Assembly (NCBI GenBank): GCA_017479985.1
Contig: JAFVBL010000011.1
Span: 464 to 64,463, forward strand
Reading direction: 5' to 3'
Length of the DNA: 64,000 nt
DNA from: Alphaproteobacteria bacterium
Lineage (GTDB): Bacteria > Pseudomonadota > Alphaproteobacteria > RF32 > CAG-239
Below the pieces are notes generated by a model. The model made no database searches. It saw nothing but the letters and a program-made list of their open reading frames with translations, and was not told the origin of the DNA. This document shows positions 36,264 to 46,286 of the stretch, piece by piece (the first letter of the stretch is position 1; every line of letters starts with the position of its first letter). The position numbers were made by a program, and so were the translations under genes.

Positions 36264-37184
36264 ATGCAATACATAATAATGATGCTCACAGTTTTCTTGA
36301 CTTTTCCGGCACAGGCACGACAGGAGCGAATGTTGCCGCCGTATGAAGTTGCGGCACCGGTAATGCCGATAAATGTATCTCAGCAACCCAACACTCTTGC
36401 CAAGCCGGTTCAATCGGAACACAATAAACCGACAAAATCCGAACATAATAAACCGGCGCAATCCAAATTACAAAAGGCAGACAACGCCAATAATTCAAAA
36501 ACACCTGATGCGGAATATCCTCATAAACATCGAAAAGAAAAAGCAGATGCAATACCTCTGCATAATCATAAAGATGATTTTCATAAAGAACCGGTGAAGA
36601 AATCCGGAGTTTATGTCAATCTCAATCTATCTGCCGGCACACCGGTCATAACACGCAGAACTGCTGTAAATCCGCCGGTAACAACGGTTATTCGTCCGGT
36701 TGTCTATGAAAATAATATTTATACAAATAATGCTTATACCTGCCGCAGTGTCAAAGAGTTGAAATATTGTACGGATTACCGCGGTAAAGCACTTAACGGA
36801 CGAATAGTGCAAAATTACGGCGACAATGTGGCGTATGAACATTATAAAAACGGCTATCAGAGCGGTGAAACAAATGTTTTTTCAGCAGACGGTTCTTTGG
36901 TGCGTAAAACAAATTATAAAAAGAGCCGTAAACACGGTCAGGAAAAGGTATATTATGCTAACGGAAAAGTTGAATATGCGGCTAATTATAAACAGGGTGC
37001 ATTGGAAGGAACCGTATTACAATATAATATAAACGGCAAACAAATCGGGCGTATGACATATCATAACGGTCGTATGCAATCGCGTTCTTGCCGGTATGAA
37101 ACAAAAGATACGGAGTTGTTGGCGCAGATTAAACAGAAGAACTACAATGAGCTTATTCTGTGCGGTGACGGTTCGGTCTATTGA
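36264..37184 (+). CDS. Secreted MORN-variant (YwqK-type) repeat protein
   Basis: Signal peptide MQYIIMMLTVFLTFPAQA. Tandem SEHNKP(T/A) repeat. C-terminal repeats of the G....Y..NG....E..YK.G...G type. Confidence 0.65.
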   Translation: MQYIIMMLTVFLTFPAQARQERMLPPYEVAAPVMPINVSQQPNTLAKPVQSEHNKPTKSEHNKPAQSKLQKADNANNSKTPDAEYPHKHRKEKADAIPLHNHKDDFHKEPVKKSGVYVNLNLSAGTPVITRRTAVNPPVTTVIRPVVYENNIYTNNAYTCRSVKELKYCTDYRGKALNGRIVQNYGDNVAYEHYKNGYQSGETNVFSADGSLVRKTNYKKSRKHGQEKVYYANGKVEYAANYKQGALEGTVLQYNINGKQIGRMTYHNGRMQSRSCRYETKDTELLAQIKQKNYNELILCGDGSVY

Positions 37185-37200
37185 TTACCTTAAAAGCAAA

Positions 37201-37238
37201 ACGCCGGAGATTATCTTTTCTCCGGTGTTTTTATTTTT
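37201..37238 (+). terminator. Rho-independent terminator after the MORN gene
   Basis: 10-bp stem ACGCCGGAGA / TCTCCGGTGT (one G-U pair), followed by TTTTTATTTTT. Confidence 0.7.
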
Positions 37239-37423
37239 AAATGCGCCTGTATTGTATTTTTTTCTTTATCAATAGACTCGTGATAATGGGTGACAATATG
37301 ATTTAATTTATGCCAAAAGCCTTCTTCAAACGAGATAATCGTACCCCATACTGCCATAAAGAACATAATTATGGTGACAATACATTCCGCAATTTCCAAT
37401 TTTTCTTTAAATGTGTATTTCAT
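37211..37423 (-). CDS. Small hypothetical membrane protein (70 aa)
   Basis: One TM (IVTIIMFFMAVWGTIISF). AGGTG lies close to the ATG. The 3' end overlaps the plus-strand terminator hairpin, which weakens the call. Confidence 0.3.
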   Translation of the reverse strand: MKYTFKEKLEIAECIVTIIMFFMAVWGTIISFEEGFWHKLNHIVTHYHESIDKEKNTIQAHLKIKTPEKR

Positions 37424-37470
37424 ACACACCTAAATATATTAGAAAATATGGATTTCAACCATACAAAAGA

Positions 37471-38079
37471 TTAGTACGGATAACCAATCGGCTGATGAGC
37501 CAGAACCATTTCACCGTTCGGAACTCTCAATACGCGATGTAACTCATCGCGGTCAAACATACCGCGTACAACGGTTGCGAGACCTTTGGAGGCTGCATAC
37601 AGATATACATTTTGATATGCGGAACCGACGTGCATTTCACCGAAACGTTCATCTGAAGAAGTATAAATCAGATGAATCGGCGCGTTTAAGACAAAATCTT
37701 GTCCGCCGGCAACAGTGAACGGAATGGCATTTTCATCAGAAACTTTTTCAAGTTGATTTTCTTTTGCATTATAGAGCCATACGCCGTTTTTACGCAACAC
37801 ATAAACATTCATCTTTTGTTCGTTACGCGCTGTCGGAATCGTCCGCTTACCGGTCGCATTAAAACCGAAAGCAACCCATAAAATTTCGCTCAAGGTCTGA
37901 TTGTCAATCGGGCGTTGCGGATTAAACGCGCGTTCGGAATGCCGAACGTTGATTAACTCCATCAGTGACAACGATTCTTGCGTAAAATCAGGTTTGTTTA
38001 ATTTTTCTTTCATTGCGGCAGACGCGTTGCTGATTAGCATTACACCAACAAACAGAGAAGTATAAAAAATTTTATTCAT
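37471..38079 (-). CDS. Nitroreductase family protein with N-terminal signal peptide
   Basis: SD GGAAGGGA. Leader MNKIFYTSLFVGVMLISNASA. Nitroreductase motif RHSERAF followed by the typical fold length. Confidence 0.7.
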   Translation of the reverse strand: MNKIFYTSLFVGVMLISNASAAMKEKLNKPDFTQESLSLMELINVRHSERAFNPQRPIDNQTLSEILWVAFGFNATGKRTIPTARNEQKMNVYVLRKNGVWLYNAKENQLEKVSDENAIPFTVAGGQDFVLNAPIHLIYTSSDERFGEMHVGSAYQNVYLYAASKGLATVVRGMFDRDELHRVLRVPNGEMVLAHQPIGYPY

Positions 38080-38108
38080 TTTATTCCCTTCCATTAAAAT
38101 TATTCGAA

Positions 38109-38804
38109 TTAAATATAAAAGAATTTTTGCAATATGTCATATACTTTCGGCATTGTATCAACAACATATTCTGCGCCTTCTGCCCGACAACATTCAGCAT
38201 ATTCGGCAGAATTGTTTCCCGTTGCGCCGATATAAGCAATAACCGGTATACCGGCAGCACATCCGGCACAAATGCCTGCAAGAGAATCCTCGATAATAAC
38301 ACTGTTTTGCGGACTGTACCCCATTTGAGCGGCGGCGTATAAAAATAAATCAGGCGCCGGCTTACCGTGTTTAACATCATAGGCCGTAAACATATTCTGT
38401 TCGGTAAAATATTTTTCCAAACCGAGCTGTCTGATTTTTAAGGCATTTTTTTCCGCAGTGGCACCGGTTGCAATGCAATGGGTAAAATTATTGTCTTTAA
38501 ATATATTTTCCACATCCGGTGTTATAAACAATTCGGATGCAATCAAGCGAATTTCATTTGCTTTCAATGTTTGCAGAAACTCATTGTCAAAAGTCAAGTC
38601 AGGATAATCTTTTTGCAATAAATCTTCTTTTGTTTTGTCTGCTTTACCGCGAATATAGTATTCCGTCTGCTTGTCATCTAAATCAATATGTTTTAAATTA
38701 TGCAAGGCCTCAACCCAGTTTTTCACCCACAAATGTTCACTGTCGGCAATTACACCGTCAAAATCCCAAATAATCAGTTTGTTTGGTTTGTTTGAATTTT
38801 TCAT
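38109..38804 (-). CDS. HAD superfamily hydrolase (beta-phosphoglucomutase-like subfamily IA)
   Basis: Motif I IIWDFDGVIADSE, TGA (motif II), HGKPAPD (motif III), IEDS..G (motif IV). SD AAAGGA before the ATG at 38804. Confidence 0.8.
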   Translation of the reverse strand: MKNSNKPNKLIIWDFDGVIADSEHLWVKNWVEALHNLKHIDLDDKQTEYYIRGKADKTKEDLLQKDYPDLTFDNEFLQTLKANEIRLIASELFITPDVENIFKDNNFTHCIATGATAEKNALKIRQLGLEKYFTEQNMFTAYDVKHGKPAPDLFLYAAAQMGYSPQNSVIIEDSLAGICAGCAAGIPVIAYIGATGNNSAEYAECCRAEGAEYVVDTMPKVYDILQKFFYI

Positions 38805-38956
38805 TTTATTCCTTTCTGTTACCGTCATTATCGGATAAACAATATCGATGCGTCAATAAGTGTCACGTTTTTTGCACAAATTTTACCAATAAATAAAAAA
38901 AAAACTGTTATTTGCCTTAAAAATAAGTTAACACATAAATTATTAAGGAGAAGACT

Positions 38957-39586
38957 ATGAATAAAATAAAAGTTTTTTTTAATGACTTGCGACGACGGTT
39001 TGATTGGCATATCAATCGACTGACGGCAATAGAACTTTTGTTGACTTTGCTGACTGTACCGATGATTTTATGGGCAAATCCGCAATGGTTTACCGAAAAC
39101 GGCGCTATTGAAAATACTCAACTTTTTGTCTTGTTGACGGCATTTGCGGTTGCTCTATATGCGAAAAAGTCCGGAAAGCTATTTGTTTTGGCGGCATTTG
39201 TCGTACTTTTTATGATTATGCGCGAAACAAATTTATTCAGAGCCTATTTTTGTGAAAAATACCTTTCCAAAGATGAATTATGCCGTTGGAACGCTTTTAA
39301 ATACGGATATTTGATTGAAAGCATACGGTGGATATTTGCCGTATATGTTTTGTATTATTTTATACGGCATAAGATATGGCGGCAAATTTGGCAATATATT
39401 CTCAACGCACCCGTTTATGTGTGGGATTTTATGATTCTCGGTGTTTCTTTTATCGGCGGTACGGTGGCTGAGTTTGAATGTGTGGATAATGAAATTATGG
39501 AAGAATCTTTTGAATTGATTTTTTATATCACCGTTGTAAATTGTCTTTATAAATACGGAAAATTCACCTGCAAAAAAACTGATTAG
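38957..39586 (+). CDS. Hypothetical integral membrane protein (about 5 TM)
   Basis: SD TAAGGAG. Multiple hydrophobic helices. First gene of a tightly spaced four-gene array. Confidence 0.55.
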   Translation: MNKIKVFFNDLRRRFDWHINRLTAIELLLTLLTVPMILWANPQWFTENGAIENTQLFVLLTAFAVALYAKKSGKLFVLAAFVVLFMIMRETNLFRAYFCEKYLSKDELCRWNAFKYGYLIESIRWIFAVYVLYYFIRHKIWRQIWQYILNAPVYVWDFMILGVSFIGGTVAEFECVDNEIMEESFELIFYITVVNCLYKYGKFTCKKTD

Positions 39587-39594
39587 AGGTGTTT

Positions 39595-40812
39595 ATGAAA
39601 CGATGGCTGATATTTATCGGAGGATTTATTTATTGTTTGCGTGCAATACCTTTGTATGCTCAAGCCGGCCTTGATGTGCGTACGGGTGTTTCCGACCTTA
39701 ACAGCGGCGAACAATTACTTTGCCGGTATATTGAGGACAGTGTTTTTTGTACGCACTCTGACGGCAGTGCATTTACCGGTGCTGCCAAAAAAGAATACGG
39801 CAATGGTATGCTGATGTGGGTAATTCAATTTTCGGAAGGCAAGCAAAACGGCGAATATAAGGTTTATTCCGCACAGGCAAAATTGATGTCTGAAGGTATT
39901 TATCGCAACGGCAAAAAAAACGGAACCGTAAAAACTTATTATCCGAGCGGAAATCTGCAATCGGAAGAAAAATATACTCTAGGGAAACTAAACGGCATTA
40001 AACGTGTTTATTATGAAGACGGCCGGTTACAGACAGAAGGCAATTTTGAGGACGGCGTGTTGGAGGGCACGCTAAAGGCTTATTATCCGAATGGTAATCT
40101 ATCGGTGGAATGTGATTTTCGAAATAATATGAAACACGGAAACAATAAAGTTTATGCCGAAAACGGAACTTTAAGCGAACACAGTCAATGGAAAAACAAC
40201 CAAAAGGACGGTATTGAGATACTTTATGATGCAGACGGAAACAAAAAAACGGAACAATTATGGAAAGCAGATTTACTCAACGGTGAAGCGATAAAATATT
40301 TTCCGAACGGTACAATCGAAAATAAAACAACTTGGGTGAACGGTGTGAAAAACGGTCCGAATACATCATATTACGAAAATGGTCAAATACATACCGACGG
40401 TACAATGATAAATAACCAATGGCAAGGGATTGTCAAAGTGTTTGACCGACAAGGTCATTTAATTGAAGAAAACCCTTATACAGACGGCAAACGCAACGGT
40501 TCTAAACGTGAATATTATGCCGACGGCAAATTGCGTCTTTCGGCAAGTTTTGAAAATGATATGCAAAACGGTATAACCACGGCGTATTATGAAAACGGTA
40601 TGGTTAAATCCGAAACAACTTTTGTAAATGATAAAATGGACGGTATCACCCGTCTTTATTATGAAAACGGTTTATTAGCGGCCGAAAGCAATTGGGCAAA
40701 CGGACAGAAAAACGGCATCACAAAACAATATGCTTCCGATGGTGAACTGATTTTGGAAGAATATTTTAAGAACGGTGTGTCGCAAGGTAAAAAATCAGGA
40801 AAATCCAGATAA
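39595..40812 (+). CDS. Secreted MORN-variant (YwqK-type) repeat protein, about 14 repeats
   Basis: Signal peptide MKRWLIFIGGFIYCLRAIPLYAQA. Repeated units such as G..K.YY.NG.L..E..Y..GK.NG cover nearly the whole protein. Confidence 0.75.
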   Translation: MKRWLIFIGGFIYCLRAIPLYAQAGLDVRTGVSDLNSGEQLLCRYIEDSVFCTHSDGSAFTGAAKKEYGNGMLMWVIQFSEGKQNGEYKVYSAQAKLMSEGIYRNGKKNGTVKTYYPSGNLQSEEKYTLGKLNGIKRVYYEDGRLQTEGNFEDGVLEGTLKAYYPNGNLSVECDFRNNMKHGNNKVYAENGTLSEHSQWKNNQKDGIEILYDADGNKKTEQLWKADLLNGEAIKYFPNGTIENKTTWVNGVKNGPNTSYYENGQIHTDGTMINNQWQGIVKVFDRQGHLIEENPYTDGKRNGSKREYYADGKLRLSASFENDMQNGITTAYYENGMVKSETTFVNDKMDGITRLYYENGLLAAESNWANGQKNGITKQYASDGELILEEYFKNGVSQGKKSGKSR

Positions 40813-40828
40813 TTAACGGAGAAACAGT

Positions 40829-41512
40829 ATGAAAACAAATTTATTTTTTTGCTGGCTGATACTTTTTTTAGGGATTACTAATACTGTCCGTGCCACACAT
40901 TACGAAGCCGTGGAATATTATGAAGAAAATGCAAAATCAGTTGCCGACGGCGAATACAAACTTGTTGCCTATCACCCGCTCACAAAAGATGAATGTAATA
41001 AAGTCAAAAACAAAATCGGATTAAAATCTTGTCCGACAGAGCAGGATTATTTGGCCGGTGCGGCTTTGGCGTGCAACGGAATCCATAATTTACCGGAAGA
41101 TAGATATCTGAAAAAATTAGCCAGGCGCATCTATACAAAAATCAGACAGGAAGGAAATACGACATATTTTGGCACACGTAATGATAAATTGATGAAGAAA
41201 TGGCATATTTATTTTGATGATGCACAAATTTTTTATTGGACAAGTAGGGTGATTGTTTCCGATGATAAATTCGGATATGTTCGTATGTTCGGTATATACG
41301 GTTCCGTGCCTTATTATATGGCCCGCGACGGAAAAACATATCGGGATTTTATCAGTAAAAACGATGAAGAATGTGTTTTATCCATCAAAATGGAAAATGG
41401 CGGTGAGCCGGAAAGATTCAAAGAAACAAATATTGCCGTTTTAAAAGATAAAAAAGCAGAAAAATTGGTAACATTATGTTATTTGGGGAGAAAAGCTGAT
41501 GCATCAAATTAA
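40829..41512 (+). CDS. Secreted hypothetical protein
   Basis: SD ACGGAG. Signal peptide [22 protein letters not shown]. No firm family, only a faint DUF1566-like FYWTSR...GYVRMFG. Confidence 0.55.
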   Translation: MKTNLFFCWLILFLGITNTVRATHYEAVEYYEENAKSVADGEYKLVAYHPLTKDECNKVKNKIGLKSCPTEQDYLAGAALACNGIHNLPEDRYLKKLARRIYTKIRQEGNTTYFGTRNDKLMKKWHIYFDDAQIFYWTSRVIVSDDKFGYVRMFGIYGSVPYYMARDGKTYRDFISKNDEECVLSIKMENGGEPERFKETNIAVLKDKKAEKLVTLCYLGRKADASN

Positions 41513-42800
41513 ATGTCCGAAATGCGGTGAAGTTTTTTCTGTGGACGAGTCCGGATATGCCGCGATTTTAACACAAGTCAGAGATGCGGAATTTCATAAA
41601 GAACTTCACGAGCGTGAAATTGCTCTGGTTAAAGAAAAAGATTCCGCACTGAAACTGGCTGCCGTTCAAGCGCAGGCCGAAAAAGAAAAATCCGTTGCCG
41701 ATTTGCGTCAAGAAAATGAATGCCTTAAAACACAACTTTTGACAATCAGTAAAGATAAAGATTTGGAAAAATCTCAAGATGCGGCACGATATATTCAACA
41801 AATTGAGCAACTCAAAGCACAAATTGCCGCAAACGAAAAAGATACGCAAATTGCCGTAACGGCAGCAACCGATGCGCAAAAAGATGTTTTGGTCAAAAAA
41901 GAACAAATCATTTTACAATTACAAAATCAGTTGAGAGATGCCGAAAAAGACAGTCTTTTAAAAGAACAAAATCTTAAAGAACAATTTAATGTGCAACTCA
42001 AGTCCAAAGATGCGGCAATTGAATTTTATAAAGATTTAAAAACCAAACTGTCCACCAAAATGGTGGGTGAAACTCTGGAACAACATTGTGAAACTGAGTT
42101 TAATCGTTTGCGTATGACAGCTTTCCCAAATGCGTATTTTGATAAGGATAACGATGCCAAAACCGGCAGCAAAGGCGATTATATCTTCAGAGATAAGACT
42201 GAGGACGGTGTGGAATTTCTCTCAATTATGTTTGAAATGAAAAATGAAATGGATACAACCGCAACCAAACATAAAAATGAGGATTTCTTTAAAGAGCTCG
42301 ACAAAGACCGTACCGAAAAGGGATGCGAATATGCCGTTTTGGTGTCGCTTTTGGAAACCGACAGCGAGTTGTATAACACGGGTATTGTGGATGTGTCTTA
42401 TCGCTATCCGAAAATGTATGTCATCCGTCCGCAGTTTTTTATTCCGCTGATTACATTATTACGCAATGCATCGTTAAATTCGGCACAATATCGCCGTCAA
42501 GCTTTGGAATTGCGAAATCAAAATGCAGATATCACAAACTTTGAAGAAAAATTAAATGACTTTAGAGAAAAATTCGGGCGCGATTATCAATTGGCCAGCG
42601 ATAAATTCAATAAAGCAATCGAAGAAATAGATAAAACCATCGAACATTTGCAAAAAACCAGAGATGCACTGCTTTCTTCGGATAATCATCTGCGACTGGC
42701 AAACAACAAAGCGCAAGATTTGACAATTAAACGTCTGACACGCAATAATCCGACGATGAAACAGAAATTTGCCGATTTGAAAAATAAAAACGAGTGGTAA
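41499..42800 (+). CDS. DUF2130 family protein (zinc ribbon, coiled coil, PD-(D/E)xK-like C-terminal domain)
   Basis: N-terminus [26 protein letters not shown], a long coiled coil, then GDYIF...IMFEMKNE (D...ExK). SD GGGGAG. Overlaps the upstream gene by 14 nt. Confidence 0.7.
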   Translation: MHQIKCPKCGEVFSVDESGYAAILTQVRDAEFHKELHEREIALVKEKDSALKLAAVQAQAEKEKSVADLRQENECLKTQLLTISKDKDLEKSQDAARYIQQIEQLKAQIAANEKDTQIAVTAATDAQKDVLVKKEQIILQLQNQLRDAEKDSLLKEQNLKEQFNVQLKSKDAAIEFYKDLKTKLSTKMVGETLEQHCETEFNRLRMTAFPNAYFDKDNDAKTGSKGDYIFRDKTEDGVEFLSIMFEMKNEMDTTATKHKNEDFFKELDKDRTEKGCEYAVLVSLLETDSELYNTGIVDVSYRYPKMYVIRPQFFIPLITLLRNASLNSAQYRRQALELRNQNADITNFEEKLNDFREKFGRDYQLASDKFNKAIEEIDKTIEHLQKTRDALLSSDNHLRLANNKAQDLTIKRLTRNNPTMKQKFADLKNKNEW

Positions 42801-43430
42801 TTACAAACCGAAATTCTGCTTTTCTGCTTTGACGGTTGTCGGCGGTGTGTGGCCGGAATACAAAACCGTATTTTCCGGTAATATCAGGATTTTATTCTTA
42901 ATGCTTTGTATGATTTGTTGTGTATCACCACCGGGCATATCGGTACGTCCGTAACTGTTTTTGAAAATCGTATCGCCGACAAACGCCACATTGTTTGCAG
43001 CATCATAATAAACAACGGAATCTTGTGTATGTCCGGGGGTATGAATAACTTTTAGGCTGACGGTCGGATTTTCTTTTAGGGAAATTATATCTCCTTCAAC
43101 AACCGGCAGAAAGTTTGCGACCTTAATTTCAGGCTCAAAATATGCCGAAAGATTGTATTGCGTGTCAAGCAGATAATCTTGACTGTTTTTATGTGCAGAG
43201 CAGGGGATTTTCAATTTTTGACGTATTGTATTTACGGCACCGATATGATCAAAATGTCCGTGCGTAAGCAGGATTTGCTCAATGTGCCAATTATTTGCCG
43301 CAATGATTTGCATCAATTTCTGCGCTTCGGCACCGGCATCAATCAAAAAACCGTGCTCCGTTGTTTCATCAATATAAAAATATGCGTTTGTTGTTATGGC
43401 ACCGCTGACCGGAACTTGTTTTATAATCAT
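42801..43430 (-). CDS. MBL-fold metallo-hydrolase (YcbL/glyoxalase II-like)
   Basis: THGHFDHIG motif, HTPGHT and GD..F....GR.D. Length and order match E. coli YcbL. Confidence 0.8.
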   Translation of the reverse strand: MIIKQVPVSGAITTNAYFYIDETTEHGFLIDAGAEAQKLMQIIAANNWHIEQILLTHGHFDHIGAVNTIRQKLKIPCSAHKNSQDYLLDTQYNLSAYFEPEIKVANFLPVVEGDIISLKENPTVSLKVIHTPGHTQDSVVYYDAANNVAFVGDTIFKNSYGRTDMPGGDTQQIIQSIKNKILILPENTVLYSGHTPPTTVKAEKQNFGL

Positions 43431-43544
43431 ATCATTCTCCTGAATATATGGTATATAATAATTGTTTTTATTTTATTAAAAAGATTGCATTTAAAAATTA
43501 TATCATTTATATTATAGCAATAAAAATTCAAAAAGGTATTCTTT

Positions 43545-44015
43545 ATGGAACGTAAAATCTTTAACATTGCTTGTCTTTTTTGTATATTGAGCGTGGTTGC
43601 GTTTGCATATTCGGGAGAAGTGGCAAATGTTCCCAATCCGTGGACAGATTGCGGACGGGATTTTGTTTGCGCACAAGAAATTTCCGGCATTGACTTCAAT
43701 GTTTCTTTAGCTGAAATTGATGTACGTGCAATGCAGGATATGGTAGAAATCAAAACCGTTGATAATGATAATCAGATAGTTTTGCGTAAAAGTTTACCGT
43801 TGGCGGATAATCAGGATAACAGCGGTGATTATAATCAATATAAGCAAACAGAACCGTCGGCGTTTAATCCCAATATTACATTGCGCAAAAATGATGACCT
43901 GATTTATGTTATGTTTTTTACGGAAAACGGTTACAGGTATTCGCTCGGTTGCAACAAAGGTCTGACAATACAACAAGCACAACACTATTATAATTTGATG
44001 ACCGATAAATTATAA
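43545..44015 (+). CDS. Secreted hypothetical protein
   Basis: Signal peptide MERKIFNIACLFCILSVVAFA. No family recognised. Confidence 0.5.
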   Translation: MERKIFNIACLFCILSVVAFAYSGEVANVPNPWTDCGRDFVCAQEISGIDFNVSLAEIDVRAMQDMVEIKTVDNDNQIVLRKSLPLADNQDNSGDYNQYKQTEPSAFNPNITLRKNDDLIYVMFFTENGYRYSLGCNKGLTIQQAQHYYNLMTDKL

Positions 44016-44046
44016 TAGTGTTAGAAAATATTTTAGACATTGTAAT

Positions 44047-44085
44047 AAAAAAAGGCGGTTTTAATAAACAGCCTTTTTTTATTTT
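44047..44085. terminator. Bidirectional terminator (rpoD and the convergent gene)
   Basis: Stem AGGCGGTTT (44053-44061) / AAACAGCCT (44066-44074) with one mismatch and loop TAAT. A-run before, T-run after. Confidence 0.6.
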
Positions 44086-44090
44086 CTAAA

Positions 44091-46172
44091 TTATGAGTGA
44101 TCCAAAAATGACCGCAGTCTCTTAGAACGGCTCGGATGTTTCAGCTTGCGCAAAGCTTTGGCTTCAATCTGCCGAATACGTTCGCGCGTTACATTAAACT
44201 GCTTTCCGACTTCTTCCAATGTATGGTCCGTATTCATACCGATACCGAAACGCATACGCAACACACGTTCTTCACGCGGCGATAAAGAGGCTAAAATATT
44301 GGAACAAGTCTCTTTTAAGTTGGTATGAATAGCCATATCAAGCGGCTGCAACGCGCTCTCATCGGCAATAAAATCACCGAGCGACGAATCATCTTCATCT
44401 CCGACCGGTGCTTCCAAACTTACCGGTTCTTTGGCAATTTTCATAACCTTACGGATTTTATCAAGCGGCATAGACAAACGTTTAGCCAACTCCTCCGGCA
44501 CAGGCTCTCGCCCCATTTCTGCCAACATCTGACGCGAAGTACGCACCAGTTTATTGATGGTTTCTATCATATGCACCGGAATACGGATTGTACGTGCTTG
44601 ATCGGCAATTGAACGTGTGATGGCCTGACGTATCCACCAAGTTGCATAAGTCGAAAATTTATAACCGCGGCGATATTCAAACTTATCAACCGCCTTCATT
44701 AAACCGATGTTGCCTTCTTGAATCAAATCTAAAAATTGCATACCGCGGTTTGTATACTTTTTGGCGATAGAAATAACCAGACGCAAATTCGCTTCAATCA
44801 TTTCTTTTTTGGCGCGTTCTGCTTCACGTTCGCCTTTTTTGATTGTTTCAACCATTTTACGATATTCGCTTATCGGCAAATCACATTCTTGCGCCATTTG
44901 CGCAACATTCTGACGAATTTCAATAATTTCATCTTTATGCTTGTCTAAAAACATTGCCCAATGCTTATCTTTTTTCTGAGCAATTTTATTTAACCAGTTA
45001 GGGTCAAGTTCCGACTTTTGATAAACTTCAAGAAAGTCCTCACGTTTGATTTTGCAGGCCGTGGCATAACGCAACAATTTACCTTCTTGTGACAGCAAGC
45101 GATTGTTCATATCATTCAACTGTTCAACCAATTGTTCAACTTTGGCACTATTTAAATGAATTGAGCTCATCAATTCAATCAGCTCTTTTTTGAGTTTGTT
45201 GTATTTTTTCTCGGTTGCCGGAATGATTTTGCGTCCGGATAAAATTGCGGCCATACGCTGACTTTGAACTTTTTTCAAATTATCATAGTAGCCGGAAATC
45301 TTTGTTAATGTTTCCAAAACCGGCTGCATTAACATTGCTTCCATTGTTGATACGGAAGTGGACGAATGACCGACACCGTCGGTATCTTCATCTTCATCCA
45401 TCGGATTTTCTTCGCCGTTTTCTTCTTCCATTGATTCAATATTTTCTTCCGAATCGTCCATATCGTCTTCAACATTGCCGTCCAAGTCGATATCGGTATC
45501 CAAATCATCATCTATTTCATCAAGATTTTTCTCGTTTAGTTCTTTGGTGACCTTATCAAAATCATCAACCTGAGTTTCCGTATCATCATACACCATTGCT
45601 TCGGAATCATCACCGAACATCATTTCCAAATCAACAATGTCGCGAAGTTGCAACTCACCGTTTTCAAGCTGATCACGCCATTCGGAAATTGCTTTAATCG
45701 TCATCGGACTTTCGCACAATCCGCTGATCATAACGGTTTTACCGGCTTCTATACGTTTAGAAATCGCAATTTCACCTTCTCGTGAAAGCAATTCGACCAA
45801 CCCCATTTCTTTGAGATACATACGTACCGGATCGTCCGAATGACCGATATCTTTGGTATCAATATTGCCGACATTTTCCAAATCATCGGATTCGTCATAA
45901 CCGTAATCCGTATTGTTGTCGTTTTCATCTTCTTCGGCATCGGCGGCAGAAGTAATGGTAATCCCCATATCTGAGATATTGGACATTATATCTTCCAGTT
46001 TTTCGGAAGACAGTTTTTCCGGCGGCAGAACTTTATTGAGTTCTTCCATTGTGATATAGCCGACCTTTTTACCTTTGGCTATAAGGTTACGAACAGCCGT
46101 CGCAGAGGCATCAATCAAGGCGTCCTCATTACCGTCTGATTCATATAAATCCTGATTATTTTTTTCTGACAT
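44091..46172 (-). CDS. rpoD: RNA polymerase primary sigma factor RpoD
   Basis: Regions 1.1 to 4.2 are present: [57 protein letters not shown]. Acidic non-conserved insertion. Confidence 0.97.
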   Translation of the reverse strand: MSEKNNQDLYESDGNEDALIDASATAVRNLIAKGKKVGYITMEELNKVLPPEKLSSEKLEDIMSNISDMGITITSAADAEEDENDNNTDYGYDESDDLENVGNIDTKDIGHSDDPVRMYLKEMGLVELLSREGEIAISKRIEAGKTVMISGLCESPMTIKAISEWRDQLENGELQLRDIVDLEMMFGDDSEAMVYDDTETQVDDFDKVTKELNEKNLDEIDDDLDTDIDLDGNVEDDMDDSEENIESMEEENGEENPMDEDEDTDGVGHSSTSVSTMEAMLMQPVLETLTKISGYYDNLKKVQSQRMAAILSGRKIIPATEKKYNKLKKELIELMSSIHLNSAKVEQLVEQLNDMNNRLLSQEGKLLRYATACKIKREDFLEVYQKSELDPNWLNKIAQKKDKHWAMFLDKHKDEIIEIRQNVAQMAQECDLPISEYRKMVETIKKGEREAERAKKEMIEANLRLVISIAKKYTNRGMQFLDLIQEGNIGLMKAVDKFEYRRGYKFSTYATWWIRQAITRSIADQARTIRIPVHMIETINKLVRTSRQMLAEMGREPVPEELAKRLSMPLDKIRKVMKIAKEPVSLEAPVGDEDDSSLGDFIADESALQPLDMAIHTNLKETCSNILASLSPREERVLRMRFGIGMNTDHTLEEVGKQFNVTRERIRQIEAKALRKLKHPSRSKRLRSFLDHS

Positions 46173-46286
46173 TTCGTTCCTTAAAATCGATTTTAATCTT
46201 TAAAAAGATTATCTGTTTGCTAGCAACTGATATAGATAATTATTTTTTATCGTATTGTCAAGAATAAGATGCAAAAAAAAATACAT

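Noticed and set aside
46233-46261. Possible rpoD promoter (minus-strand TTGACA at 46261-46256)
   Set aside because: The -35 is perfect, but the best -10 at a 17-nt spacing is TATCTA, with no better hexamer at 16 or 18 nt. This is too weak to report as a feature.
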